From an uncultured Peptococcaceae bacterium (lineage in GTDB: Bacteria; Bacillota; Dehalobacteriia; UBA4068; UBA4997), in assembly GCA_937897635.1 (NCBI GenBank), contig CALCQI010000027.1, forward strand, positions 50,316 through 114,315: a stretch of DNA of 64,000 bases. Reading direction: 5' to 3'. This document shows, in pieces, positions 30,027 through 38,939 of the stretch. Below the pieces are notes generated by a model. The model saw only the letters and a list, made by a program, of their open reading frames with translations. It was not told the origin of the DNA and made no database searches. Within the stretch, counting starts at the first letter, position 1. Every line of letters starts with the position of its first letter. The translations under genes were made by a program, and so were the position numbers.

Positions 30027-31217
30027 TTGCATGAAAAATCTAATAACAATATACAACTTTGGACAAAAAATTTTATAATCATTACCCTTTTAAATTTCTT
30101 GATTTTTTTCAGTTTTCAAATGCTGCAGCCTACTTTGCCTATTTATGTAAAAGAACTGGGAGGCACTGATTCTGTAGTTGGTTTGGTAACGGGAATTTTT
30201 ACGGTATCTGCTTTAATTGCAAGGCCCTTTGCAGGCAAAACTCTTGATAAAATAGGCCGCAAACCTGTTTTTATAATAGGCCTTGCTATATTTGCCGCAT
30301 CTGTGCTTGCATACAGTTGGCTGCCTATTATAGGTCTAATCCTATTTTTTAGGTTGATTCATGGCTTTGGCTGGGGTATTTCTAATACCGCAGTTAATAC
30401 TATTGCCTCGGATAATATACCCAAAGCCCGTTTTGGTGAAGGTATGGGTTATTTCAGTTTGGCAAGCAGCCTGGCTATGGCTATTGCTCCTGCTGTTGGC
30501 TTATCCTATATTACAAAATACAGCTTTAGCAACTTGTTTTTAATAGCTTCAGCTTTGATTATTACAGTATTGCTTTTAGTTGCATTTTCCGAATATACTA
30601 AACCCGAAAAAACTTCAGAAGCTACCGCTAAAACTTCAACCAAAGACTCTTTATATGAAAAATCCTCTATTCGGCCATCTATTGTGATCTTTTTTGTTTG
30701 CACAACCTATGGTGCTGTGGTAAGTTTTATTTCTCTTTATGCTACGGAAAAAGGAATTGAGAATATTGGCCTTTTTTTTACGGTTTACGCAGTATCATTA
30801 TTGGTTTCACGCCCTGTTTTTGGACATATTAATGATCGTTTCGGCCCTGATTTTTCTGTGATACCGGGTTTGATAATGTTATTTATAGCTATGCTTTTAT
30901 TATGGCAGGCTTCTGTTCTTATAATGTTTTTATTGGTGGGCTGTATTTACGGCATAGGCTTTGGCGCAGTTCAGGCAACTATACAAACCATGGCTGTAGT
31001 TCATGTACCTACTCAAAGGCGGGGAGCAGCCAATGCCACATTTTTCACAGGCTTTGACAGCGGTATAGGATTTGGCTCAATAATTTTCGGCATGATTGCT
31101 TCTGCTTTAGGTTACAGCAATATGTATATGCTTGCCTCCGCAGCCATTGTTATAGCCTTTATTTTTTATGTGCTTTTGGCTAAAAAATCAAAATCCTTTA
31201 CAACGGATATCAAATAA
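30027..31217 (+). CDS. MFS transporter
   Basis: 396 aa, 12 TM pattern, motif A-like GKTLDKIGRKP; follows the DtxR-like gene. Confidence 0.8.
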   Translation: MHEKSNNNIQLWTKNFIIITLLNFLIFFSFQMLQPTLPIYVKELGGTDSVVGLVTGIFTVSALIARPFAGKTLDKIGRKPVFIIGLAIFAASVLAYSWLPIIGLILFFRLIHGFGWGISNTAVNTIASDNIPKARFGEGMGYFSLASSLAMAIAPAVGLSYITKYSFSNLFLIASALIITVLLLVAFSEYTKPEKTSEATAKTSTKDSLYEKSSIRPSIVIFFVCTTYGAVVSFISLYATEKGIENIGLFFTVYAVSLLVSRPVFGHINDRFGPDFSVIPGLIMLFIAMLLLWQASVLIMFLLVGCIYGIGFGAVQATIQTMAVVHVPTQRRGAANATFFTGFDSGIGFGSIIFGMIASALGYSNMYMLASAAIVIAFIFYVLLAKKSKSFTTDIK

Positions 31218-31235
31218 TCTTTTTATGTTTTTAAA

Positions 31236-31272
31236 TCAAAAAACCGCCATTTTTTCATGGCGGCTTTTTGAT
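31236..31272 (+). terminator. Rho-independent terminator of MFS gene
   Basis: AAAAAACCGCCATTTTTTCATGGCGGCTTTTTG. Confidence 0.7.
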
Positions 31273-31454
31273 ATATGAATAGTATTTATTATAATTCCAG
31301 AATATCTCCGATAGCTATATATTTTATTTTATCTCCCATTACTTTTTTAATTTTACAAAGGCAGCTAAACCCTTAAAATGACATGTATAGCACACAGCAC
31401 CGGTTTTAAGCATAAACTTACCTGTTTTGCTCAAAAATTTTGCGTCTTTAGTTT

Positions 31455-31607
31455 CACCTTTTTAGCGGCATTTTTAATAAATAGATCCTTTTTGCCCATA
31501 TCAAATAAAAGCTTATGGTTTTGGGTTTCAAGGTAAAGGCTTAAGCCATGCTCATAGCCTAATCTTGCAGAAACAGAAGTATTCTCTACAAGTGCCTTAA
31601 CTGTCAT
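31455..31607 (-). pseudogene. Remnant of an MBL-fold metallo-hydrolase gene (first ~45 codons only)
   Basis: Minus strand from ATG at 31607: MTVKALVENTSVSARLGYEHGLSLYLETQNHKLLFDMGKKDLFIKNAAKR* - matches the conserved N-terminus of MBL-fold proteins usually encoded beside the NifX/MinD-ferredoxin cluster, but stops before the HxHxDH motif. Confidence 0.45.
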
Positions 31608-31624
31608 GATTAACCCTCCGCTTT

Positions 31625-32482
31625 TTAAGGCAAAATCTCCAGTGCTTTTTCAAATAAGCTTTTAATGGCGCGTCCGGCTGCACAATCAACATCCACTACA
31701 CTTAAATTATGGTTTATTGCTATTACAGCTTTATTATCAAAGGGTATTTTACCTAAAAAAGGTATAGAGGAATCTTCACAAAAAGCTTCTATTTTATTTG
31801 AATTGGCTATATTGGTATCATATTTATTTATACAAACAGCAACTTTACTGTCAAACTGCTTGGCCGTTTTAATAATGCGTTCCATATCATTTATGCCCGA
31901 AAGTGAAGGTTCTGCCACTATCAAAACCATGTTTGCACCACTTAAAGAAGCAATAACAGGGCAACCTATACCGGGAGAACCATCTACTATTACTATATCT
32001 GTATCAACTTTATTGAGTAATAGTTGTTTTTTTACTTCACTTACCAATTTACCGGAATTGCCGCTCCCCATTTTAAGACAAGCCGTTGAAAAAATGCTTT
32101 CATCCTTATAAAGCATTAATTCACCTGCCACATTAGGTTTTAACGATATTGCAGAAACAGGGCATAAAGCCTCGCAAACTCCACAGCCCTCACAACTATA
32201 AGTATCCACCAGATAATTTTCTTTTAAGCTGATTGCCTCAAAGCGGCAATTTTGTCTGCATACATCACAACGCAAACATAAACCGGAATCTATTACAGCC
32301 TTAGGCATACCATAATACTCCGAACATAGCGGATTTGTATTTTTGTTCATCAGCAAATGTAGGTTAGGTGCATCAACATCACAGTCAGCATACATTTTAG
32401 CCTTGGCAAGCTTAATCAAAGCAGAGGCAATAGTTGTTTTACCTGTACCGCCTTTACCGCTTAGAATCAAAAGCTGCTTCAT
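31625..32482 (-). CDS. MinD/Mrp-like P-loop ATPase with inserted 2x[4Fe-4S] ferredoxin domain (CooC-like)
   Basis: Start chosen at MKQLLILSGKGGTGKTT (deviant Walker A); CLRCDVCRQNC and CEGCGVCEALCP clusters; ORF-track start 32557 adds 25 aa overlapping upstream gene. Confidence 0.8.
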   Translation of the reverse strand: MKQLLILSGKGGTGKTTIASALIKLAKAKMYADCDVDAPNLHLLMNKNTNPLCSEYYGMPKAVIDSGLCLRCDVCRQNCRFEAISLKENYLVDTYSCEGCGVCEALCPVSAISLKPNVAGELMLYKDESIFSTACLKMGSGNSGKLVSEVKKQLLLNKVDTDIVIVDGSPGIGCPVIASLSGANMVLIVAEPSLSGINDMERIIKTAKQFDSKVAVCINKYDTNIANSNKIEAFCEDSSIPFLGKIPFDNKAVIAINHNLSVVDVDCAAGRAIKSLFEKALEILP

Positions 32483-33332
32483 TATGTACCTCCTCAGCAA
32501 TTTTTTGCCATAAGGCAGAAAATAATTGAGCATATTCCATATTTTCTCTTGACACAATCAAAGCGTTTGAATTCAATTCACCAAGCTTTTTATCAAAAGG
32601 GATTTTAGCCAAAATTCTGATCTTTTTTGCTTTACAAAACTCTTCCGAGGGATTAACAGCCTCAATACATTTGTTCAAGACAACTCCATGCGGTTTCTTG
32701 AATAAACTTATCAATTCATAAACAAGCTTTAGATTATGCATACCAAACAATGTCGGCTCTGCTACTAATAAGCAGTAATCGGCATCCTTAATGCTTTCCA
32801 TAACAATACAGGCACTGCCCGGTGGGCAATCAATAAAAATATTTTCATCCATATCTTGAGCCATGTGCAAAAGCTTATTGATGATAGGAATACCGGAAGA
32901 TTCACCTATTTTTAAAATACCGCTCATAACGGTTATATCTTCCGAAACACCTTTTTGCACTGACCCTATTATTCTGTCTTTTTCAGTCAAAGCTTTTTCA
33001 GGGCAAAAAAGAACGCAACCGCCGCAGGAATGGCAAATTTCATCAAACAACATCCATTTACCCTGAATATAGGCCAGCGCATTGAATTTACAAAATTCCA
33101 CACATTTACGGCAGCCTGTACACCTTGCTGGATCAACAAAAGGAACTTTTACAGTTACATTTTCAGTTTGTAAATTTTGAGGCTTAAAAAAAAGATGGCC
33201 GTTTGGTTCCTCAACATCACAATCAATATAAACAGAATTTTGTGTAACAGAGGCCAAATTTACTGACAAAAAAGTTTTACCCGTACCACCTTTACCGCTA
33301 AGTACGGCTATTTTGATTTTTTTAGTTGCCAT
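32454..33332 (-). CDS. Second MinD/Mrp-like ATPase with 2x[4Fe-4S] ferredoxin insert
   Basis: 292 aa; KIAVLSGKGGTGKTF, CTGCRKCVEFC, CHSCGGCVLFCP. Confidence 0.8.
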   Translation of the reverse strand: MATKKIKIAVLSGKGGTGKTFLSVNLASVTQNSVYIDCDVEEPNGHLFFKPQNLQTENVTVKVPFVDPARCTGCRKCVEFCKFNALAYIQGKWMLFDEICHSCGGCVLFCPEKALTEKDRIIGSVQKGVSEDITVMSGILKIGESSGIPIINKLLHMAQDMDENIFIDCPPGSACIVMESIKDADYCLLVAEPTLFGMHNLKLVYELISLFKKPHGVVLNKCIEAVNPSEEFCKAKKIRILAKIPFDKKLGELNSNALIVSRENMEYAQLFSALWQKIAEEVHNEAAFDSKR

Positions 33333-33684
33333 GATGAAATCCAGGATGCACCTCCTGAAGCAATTCCAGTTTGCCTTCTGAAAAAGCCTTTAGATTATCC
33401 TCTACAGAATCATTGATAGTTTTATAAAGCTTAACTTTTGCCGTATTGAATATTTCTGCTGCATTTTCGCCACAACGTGGGGTGAGCAAAACATCCACTT
33501 TATTATCAACTATGAATTGCGCAGCTTTTACCCCAGCCCCTCCACGGCTTTCCGCAGCTGTATTTTCCAAAAAATTATACTCCTTTTTAGCATCATCAAA
33601 TACTAAAAAATAAGGTGTACGACCAAAAGAAATACATATTTTGGTACTGCTGGATTTTTCTTCTACAGGTATGGCAATTTTCAT
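33322..33684 (-). CDS. NifB/NifX/NafY-family dinitrogenase FeMo-cofactor-binding-like protein
   Basis: Start at MKIAIPV with AAGGGGG SD; GAGVKAAQFI, VDVLLTPRCGENA motifs; the ORF-track N-terminal 15 aa are not supported by an RBS. Confidence 0.8.
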   Translation of the reverse strand: MKIAIPVEEKSSSTKICISFGRTPYFLVFDDAKKEYNFLENTAAESRGGAGVKAAQFIVDNKVDVLLTPRCGENAAEIFNTAKVKLYKTINDSVEDNLKAFSEGKLELLQEVHPGFHHGN

Positions 33685-33878
33685 AACATAACCCCCTTGA
33701 TTATATTTTATATCATAAACCATCAACATGAATTATTTTCAATAAAGGTAAAAGGGTCAACCCTGTTACTTTTATTGGCCTTTACCATTCCCCTGTAAAG
33801 CCAATTCTTTACAGCACCAAACAGCAAAGTTCAAGCCAACTACTTTTATTAAAAGTATTGTGCATAACTGTAAGCCTT

Positions 33879-34106
33879 TTAAGCCTTGCCACCAAAACCT
33901 CTTTTTGCTCTACCAATAAATTTAAAGGCTTTGTCTGTGCTGGAGTCAGTAACCGCATTTCTACCACCTGATCTTCTGCAGCTAAACCCGGCACCAAAAC
34001 CAAGGCCTTTACCATCTCTACGAGAAGCTCCGCTTTTGCAGTTTCCAAGGCCTCTACCCGTCTTAGATCCTTGTCCAGTTGGACCAGTTCCATCTCTACC
34101 CGGCAT
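33879..34106 (-). CDS. DUF5320-family small Gly/Arg-rich protein
   Basis: Start at MPGRDGTGPTGQG (signature MPxxDGTGP of DUF5320) with AAGGAGGTG SD 7 nt upstream; first gene of cluster. Confidence 0.65.
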   Translation of the reverse strand: MPGRDGTGPTGQGSKTGRGLGNCKSGASRRDGKGLGFGAGFSCRRSGGRNAVTDSSTDKAFKFIGRAKRGFGGKA

Positions 34107-34123
34107 TTCTAACACCTCCTTAT

Positions 34124-34190
34124 TATTGACATATGTTCTTTTCAATTACTATTATAATACATTATGAACATATGTCAATAACTTGTTTAT
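34124..34190. promoter_or_regulatory. Promoter of DUF5320 operon bracketed by a 16-bp perfect inverted repeat (candidate operator)
   Basis: TTATTGACATATGTTC ... GAACATATGTCAATAA, arms separated by a 27-bp spacer; on the minus strand the upstream arm supplies TTGACA, 16-17 bp later TATAAT; downstream arm overlaps the expected +1. Confidence 0.55.
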
Positions 34191-34440
34191 ATTCTATCTT
34201 AAAATTATAAAAACCAAAAGCTTTTATACTAAAGCTTTTGGTTTGTTTTTATATAACCACTTAACAATAAATTGATGTAAAGTTTATTAATGTATCAACT
34301 GCTTATATAAAGTACTTTTTGTTTACTGAATAAACACTTTTCTGTTTTACCCTAAGTTTTTACGCGTTTTTTATTTTTATATCCGCAGCTATCTAAAAAT
34401 CTTTCTTAGCACATATGCCCTGAAAAAAATATTTTCTTCG

Positions 34441-34510
34441 CCCATAATAAAAAGTGCTATTAAAGCTATAGCCTATTTATTTAATATCACTTCTTTTTTA
34501 TTCATATGCC
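34441..34510 (-). pseudogene. Truncated duplicate of the gerAB 5' end
   Basis: ~85% identical over ~85 bp to 35865..35950; minus-strand translation MNKKEVILNK* (gerAB begins MNKKEVISNKQ). Confidence 0.6.
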
Positions 34511-34520
34511 CCCATCCAAA

Positions 34521-34730
34521 TTATTTTTTTACAAAATCCCCTAGTATACTTTCAATAACTTTAATTGGCTGAGGCAACTGTATACCGGAAAGCAGCAAAA
34601 TACTTATAACAAAAGCAAATAATATAGTTACAGAGTATATCCATGTTTCTTTCTTTTTTTTGTTTTTATATAAAATATACAGCTCAGGTAAAGCAACTAT
34701 TAAATATATTAAAATTATTAAAATATACAT
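34521..34730 (-). CDS. Germinant-receptor D-subunit-like small membrane protein
   Basis: 69 aa, two TM helices (ILIILIYLIVALPELYILY / IYSVTILFAFVISILLLSGI); immediately downstream of gerAB. Confidence 0.6.
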   Translation of the reverse strand: MYILIILIYLIVALPELYILYKNKKKKETWIYSVTILFAFVISILLLSGIQLPQPIKVIESILGDFVKK

Positions 34731-34800
34731 ATTTTGTTCCCCTATTTTAATTAGATTTACACTTATAGTTTTCTGAAATTCCTATATTCGTTTTATATAT

Positions 34801-35931
34801 TTATTTTGCTTGCTCAACCAAACCTTTACTGTTTCGGCTTGGATTTTTACCTATTTTTTTGCTTTTTATTTCGGCAGCTATCCAAGTGATCACAGGTATA
34901 ATTATTTCAAAAGGTATAACATAATAGGGCCATACATTTATAGCAAAATCAAAAAATGCCATAATACTTTCCATTTCAAGAATAGATAAATTCACGGCTA
35001 AAAAAGCAATAGGCAAAACAATAAACCTATAATCATCACAGTTAAATAGTTTAGCTACACCATTACACGTAGCTAATAAAAAAACATTACCCTGCACATA
35101 AATCCCTATTAAATAAATAACGGCAGCTATTATATCGAACCTTTGTAAAAAATTACCTATACTTATGCGTGAAACCATTACATAACTTGGGTAATAAAAA
35201 CCCTCTGCTAAATCATCACCCAAAACCAAAATAACTATTATATAAATTATAATTAAAAGCACCGCACCTACAAATAAACCTGTAAGATATATTTTATAAG
35301 GTGAGTTTTTTTCTGCCGAAAACGAAAATATCATTGTAAAACCAATTACATACATAAATGGAAAACCAAAGCTTAAAAATGCTCCTTCTAATATAGGTTT
35401 AACTCCTTCATAAGCCACAGGCAGCAAATTACCAGGATCCAATTTAGGTATTAAAAGCAATAGGATTATAATTTCCAACACTATAGGCACTATTAAAAAA
35501 ATTTCTGCCCATCTGCCGAAAACCTCTATTCCTTGTTTGGTTATATAAGCAGATATAACAGCAAATACACTTGTAGTAACTATACATGGGGTTTCCATTA
35601 TCATAACTGTTCTTATAAAAAAGCCAATGTCTTCAAAAAGCAGGGCAAGTGAATGAAATGCATACCAAATAAATATTACAATAAAAATTTTACCCACAAT
35701 TTTACCAAAACAAATTTCCATAATATCAAAGATATTTTTATTAGGAAACAAGGCATGTAACCGGGCAAACATGATAAAAAAGGGAATAGCCGCCATTACA
35801 GCCAAAAGCATGGCTATCCAAATATCCTTACCGGCAACTATTCCCTGAATATAAATACTTGCTTCTCCTATAATAAAAAGCGCTATTAATGCTATAGCCT
35901 GTTTGTTTGATATTACTTCTTTTTTATTCAT
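34801..35931 (-). CDS. gerAB: Spore germination protein, GerAB/GerKB family (APC-superfamily permease-like B subunit)
   Basis: 376 aa, ~10 TM helices, typical B-subunit length and N-terminus. Confidence 0.85.
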   Translation of the reverse strand: MNKKEVISNKQAIALIALFIIGEASIYIQGIVAGKDIWIAMLLAVMAAIPFFIMFARLHALFPNKNIFDIMEICFGKIVGKIFIVIFIWYAFHSLALLFEDIGFFIRTVMIMETPCIVTTSVFAVISAYITKQGIEVFGRWAEIFLIVPIVLEIIILLLLIPKLDPGNLLPVAYEGVKPILEGAFLSFGFPFMYVIGFTMIFSFSAEKNSPYKIYLTGLFVGAVLLIIIYIIVILVLGDDLAEGFYYPSYVMVSRISIGNFLQRFDIIAAVIYLIGIYVQGNVFLLATCNGVAKLFNCDDYRFIVLPIAFLAVNLSILEMESIMAFFDFAINVWPYYVIPFEIIIPVITWIAAEIKSKKIGKNPSRNSKGLVEQAK

Positions 35932-36079
35932 ATACCGCCACCCAAATCACTTTTGATATCTGCAGTTAGCAAAATACTTATAGCAAAAGCAAAAAATATT
36001 GTTACAATATATATACAAATTTTTTATTATATAGCAAATACAGCTTTAGTAAAGCAGTTATCAAATATACAAAAAACAT
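35929..36079 (-). pseudogene. Frameshifted paralog of the D-subunit gene between gerAC and gerAB
   Basis: ATG at 36079: MFFVYLITALLKLYLLYNKKFVYIL* then, in the -1 frame, YIVTIFFAFAISILLTADIKSDLGGGI*, whose TGA overlaps the gerAB ATG; aligns to the intact D protein (ELYILYKNKKKKETWIYSVTILFAFVISILLL). Confidence 0.55.
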
Positions 36080-36096
36080 TAAGATATATTTTATTT

Positions 36097-37299
36097 TTAT
36101 TCGACTATTTTAATTGGTTTTTGTGATGATGAGGATAACTTTAAATTTAGGTCTATCTTTGTAGTAAACTGCATATCCTTATAAACCTCATCCCAGTTTT
36201 TTTCTATTGTTTTCCAATAACCGGGCATTTTTCTTTTAATAGTGCCATTAAAATCAAATATATCCGTAGCCTGATTTTTTTGAGTCTTTTTTATTAAAGC
36301 TGCTATTTTTTTAACCAATATGCTTTCCATATCTTTTATTAAAATTTCTCTTTTATCTTTATCAATAAAATTGACACTGCTCTGCAATTCCGAAATACCA
36401 ACATCTATATCTGCTTCAATTTGCATTACAGGTTTATTATTTTTAATAATTGGTGTTAATTTTACCTTACTTGAGCATATCTCCAAAGCAATTTTAGTGT
36501 TTTCACCAAATTTATTTTCTTCAATATTAAAAACACCGCCTTTAAGCTCGTCTCTTATCAATAAAGCAATTTGTGATTCTTCCCCATCCAAAAAATATGC
36601 CAGTTTATCTTCTTTGAATACGGCAGAGCCCAATATTTCCGCAATTTTTTTATCTTCATAATTTTTTGTATAAACCACAGGTAAAGCAACTGAATTTGTT
36701 TTTACGTTTAATTTGGCCAGGAAATCCACAAATTCATCTGCTATTGATTTGGATATAGGCTTATTAGATTTTAAAATATCATTCAAATAATAAGAATTTA
36801 TAGCATTTAATTCATTAGATGTTTTAAATATTTCTTCAGCAGTTTCAGCCCTTGAAACTAACACCCACATATCCGGCCTGGTTTCAGTATCACGCCATAT
36901 TATATCCAAAACAGGTACAATACCTTCCCTAGCTATATCCTCACTTATTACCATAACCTTAGTATGTCCCCAAAATATACGTTTACCTGTTTGACTTATA
37001 GCATTTCGCATTGCATCAAATATAGTAAGGCCCTGCGACTTCACCAAGACTGCTGTTGTTGAAGCTTCTTTTTCAGAAGATTGCTGGTTTACTAACTCAA
37101 TAGTTAAAATATAATTATCTGTTTGAGTATCTTTATCTACGGCTACTCCTGTAGCAATAGCAATATTTTCAATATCCCTGTAATTCCAACAGGATGAAAT
37201 CATAGGTATACAAATAAGCAATAAAAATATCAACAAAATTTTAGGCTTTAGATTATTATTTTTTAGCAAAAGATTTGGCACCCGCCCTTCTAAGTGCAA
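36097..37299 (-). CDS. gerAC: Spore germination lipoprotein, GerAC family
   Basis: 400 aa; lipobox IPMISSC then Ger(x)C domain; true start probably a few codons inside (overlaps gerAA by 44 nt as called). Confidence 0.8.
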   Translation of the reverse strand: MHLEGRVPNLLLKNNNLKPKILLIFLLLICIPMISSCWNYRDIENIAIATGVAVDKDTQTDNYILTIELVNQQSSEKEASTTAVLVKSQGLTIFDAMRNAISQTGKRIFWGHTKVMVISEDIAREGIVPVLDIIWRDTETRPDMWVLVSRAETAEEIFKTSNELNAINSYYLNDILKSNKPISKSIADEFVDFLAKLNVKTNSVALPVVYTKNYEDKKIAEILGSAVFKEDKLAYFLDGEESQIALLIRDELKGGVFNIEENKFGENTKIALEICSSKVKLTPIIKNNKPVMQIEADIDVGISELQSSVNFIDKDKREILIKDMESILVKKIAALIKKTQKNQATDIFDFNGTIKRKMPGYWKTIEKNWDEVYKDMQFTTKIDLNLKLSSSSQKPIKIVE

Positions 37300-38779
37300 A
37301 TTTAGGCCTTTTGTTAATTAGCCATATGGGGGCTTTTACTGCGGTATCTTGAATATTTTGAATATCCATAAGGGAAGCATTCATCATATATGGTACACCG
37401 AAGGACCGCATTGAAATCAAATAGACAACTAAAACCATAACACTTAACATATATCCATAAAGCCCTAAAAAAGCTGCCATAATAAGATAAAAAGTTCTAA
37501 CAACAATTAAAGCACCTTTCATTTTAAAAATCAAAAATGCAGAAATTCCCGTAAATGCTGTTACAATAACCATAGGAGCACTGATGATTTTTGCCGCTAC
37601 GGCAGCTTCGCCTAAAACAAGTGCTCCCACAATACTTATAGCCATACCAACAGATAAAGGCAGCCTTACACCTGCTTCTCTCATAACTTCAAAAACCAAC
37701 AGCATGATTATCAATTCCACTATAGTTGGAAAAGGCACATCCTTCCTGGCTGCCGCAATGCTTAGCATTAAAGGTGTAGGCAACAATTCCTGATGAAATG
37801 TTACTATAGCAAGATATACTGCAGGGATACTTGTAGTTAAAAAAAAGGCCAGTATTCTTAGCAATCTGTTCATAGAGGCAAAAACATAATTATTATAATA
37901 ATCTTCATTTGCCTGAAAATACTCAAAAAACAAATATGGCAAGGTTAATACGCTGGGGGAACCATCACAAATCACAGCTACCCTTCCTTCAATAAGTTTA
38001 GCCGCAACAACATCAGGGCGTTCCGTATCTCCTATTGTACTAAACATACTTAAAGGTGAATCCTGGATGAGGTCTTGAATATATCGGGAATCCAAAATAC
38101 CCTCCTGATCTATTTTATTTAATCTTATCATTAATTCCTGTAAAATTTTTTTACTTGCTATACCCTCTATATAGCATACACAAATTTTGGTTTTGGTAAT
38201 GCTGCCCAGTTCCATATATTTGAATTTAAGATCAGGATTAACTATTTTTCTTTCTAATAAAGACATATTAACCTTGATAGATTCGGTAAACCCTTCCCTT
38301 GGCCCCCTTGTTATTCTTTCCGATTCCGGCTCGGTTATGGCCCTGGTAACCCATTCTTTGGTATTTATAACAAGGGCTTTAGAGAAGCCTTCCACAAGCA
38401 CAACAGTATCGCCATATAATATTGAATGCACAACCGTGCTTATATCCGCAACTTTTTTTACATCCCTGCAGGCTATAACTTTATTGCTAAGATAATTTAA
38501 CAGCTTGTTTTTTTTGATATTTTTACCCATAAGATTTTCCATAATAGGACGAATGATTTTATCGTTAACAATCTTTTCGGAAGACAAGGTATCCGCAAAA
38601 ACAATACAGTATTGGGGATGCCTGGAACCCTGTTCCTTCAAATACCTGTATACCACCATATCATCATTATTTAAAATCTGCTTGAGCAAAGCAATGTTTT
38701 CTGTTATAGAAGGCGAAAACGAATAACTTACTTGCCCCGCCACAGATGTCTTTTCAAAATCCACAGATTCTTTCTTCAT
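37256..38779 (-). CDS. gerAA: Spore germination protein, GerAA/GerKA family (A subunit)
   Basis: 507 aa; soluble N-domain then 5-6 TM C-domain characteristic of GerA A-subunits. Confidence 0.85.
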   Translation of the reverse strand: MKKESVDFEKTSVAGQVSYSFSPSITENIALLKQILNNDDMVVYRYLKEQGSRHPQYCIVFADTLSSEKIVNDKIIRPIMENLMGKNIKKNKLLNYLSNKVIACRDVKKVADISTVVHSILYGDTVVLVEGFSKALVINTKEWVTRAITEPESERITRGPREGFTESIKVNMSLLERKIVNPDLKFKYMELGSITKTKICVCYIEGIASKKILQELMIRLNKIDQEGILDSRYIQDLIQDSPLSMFSTIGDTERPDVVAAKLIEGRVAVICDGSPSVLTLPYLFFEYFQANEDYYNNYVFASMNRLLRILAFFLTTSIPAVYLAIVTFHQELLPTPLMLSIAAARKDVPFPTIVELIIMLLVFEVMREAGVRLPLSVGMAISIVGALVLGEAAVAAKIISAPMVIVTAFTGISAFLIFKMKGALIVVRTFYLIMAAFLGLYGYMLSVMVLVVYLISMRSFGVPYMMNASLMDIQNIQDTAVKAPIWLINKRPKFALRRAGAKSFAKK

Positions 38780-38939
38780 ATAAATCTCCTTGATTTCAAT
38801 AGGATTTTTATAATATTTTCAACCAAATACAGGAAAACTATGCGTTAAAACTGGTAGTTAAGCAAAAACACCAAACAAAAAAGACCCTTAAGGGTCTTTT
38901 TTATTATCACAATTTCATATTATGAAAGCTATAAATTTA

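Noticed and set aside
33685-33729. N-terminal 15-aa extension (MLMVYDIKYNQGGYV) of the NifX-like ORF
   Set aside because: The AAGGGGG SD sits inside it and serves the MKIAIPV start; extension would overlap the upstream gene and lacks its own RBS.
33809-34093. 94-aa ORF overlapping the DUF5320 gene in another frame
   Set aside because: No RBS, overlaps entirely a gene with a strong SD and a recognisable family signature; hydrophobic low-complexity translation typical of an out-of-frame artefact.
36080-36096. Treating the D-like ORF between gerAC and gerAB as an intact 49-aa gene
   Set aside because: Codon-by-codon check shows a stop after 25 codons (…FVYIL*) with the conserved remainder in the -1 frame; therefore reported as a frameshifted pseudogene.
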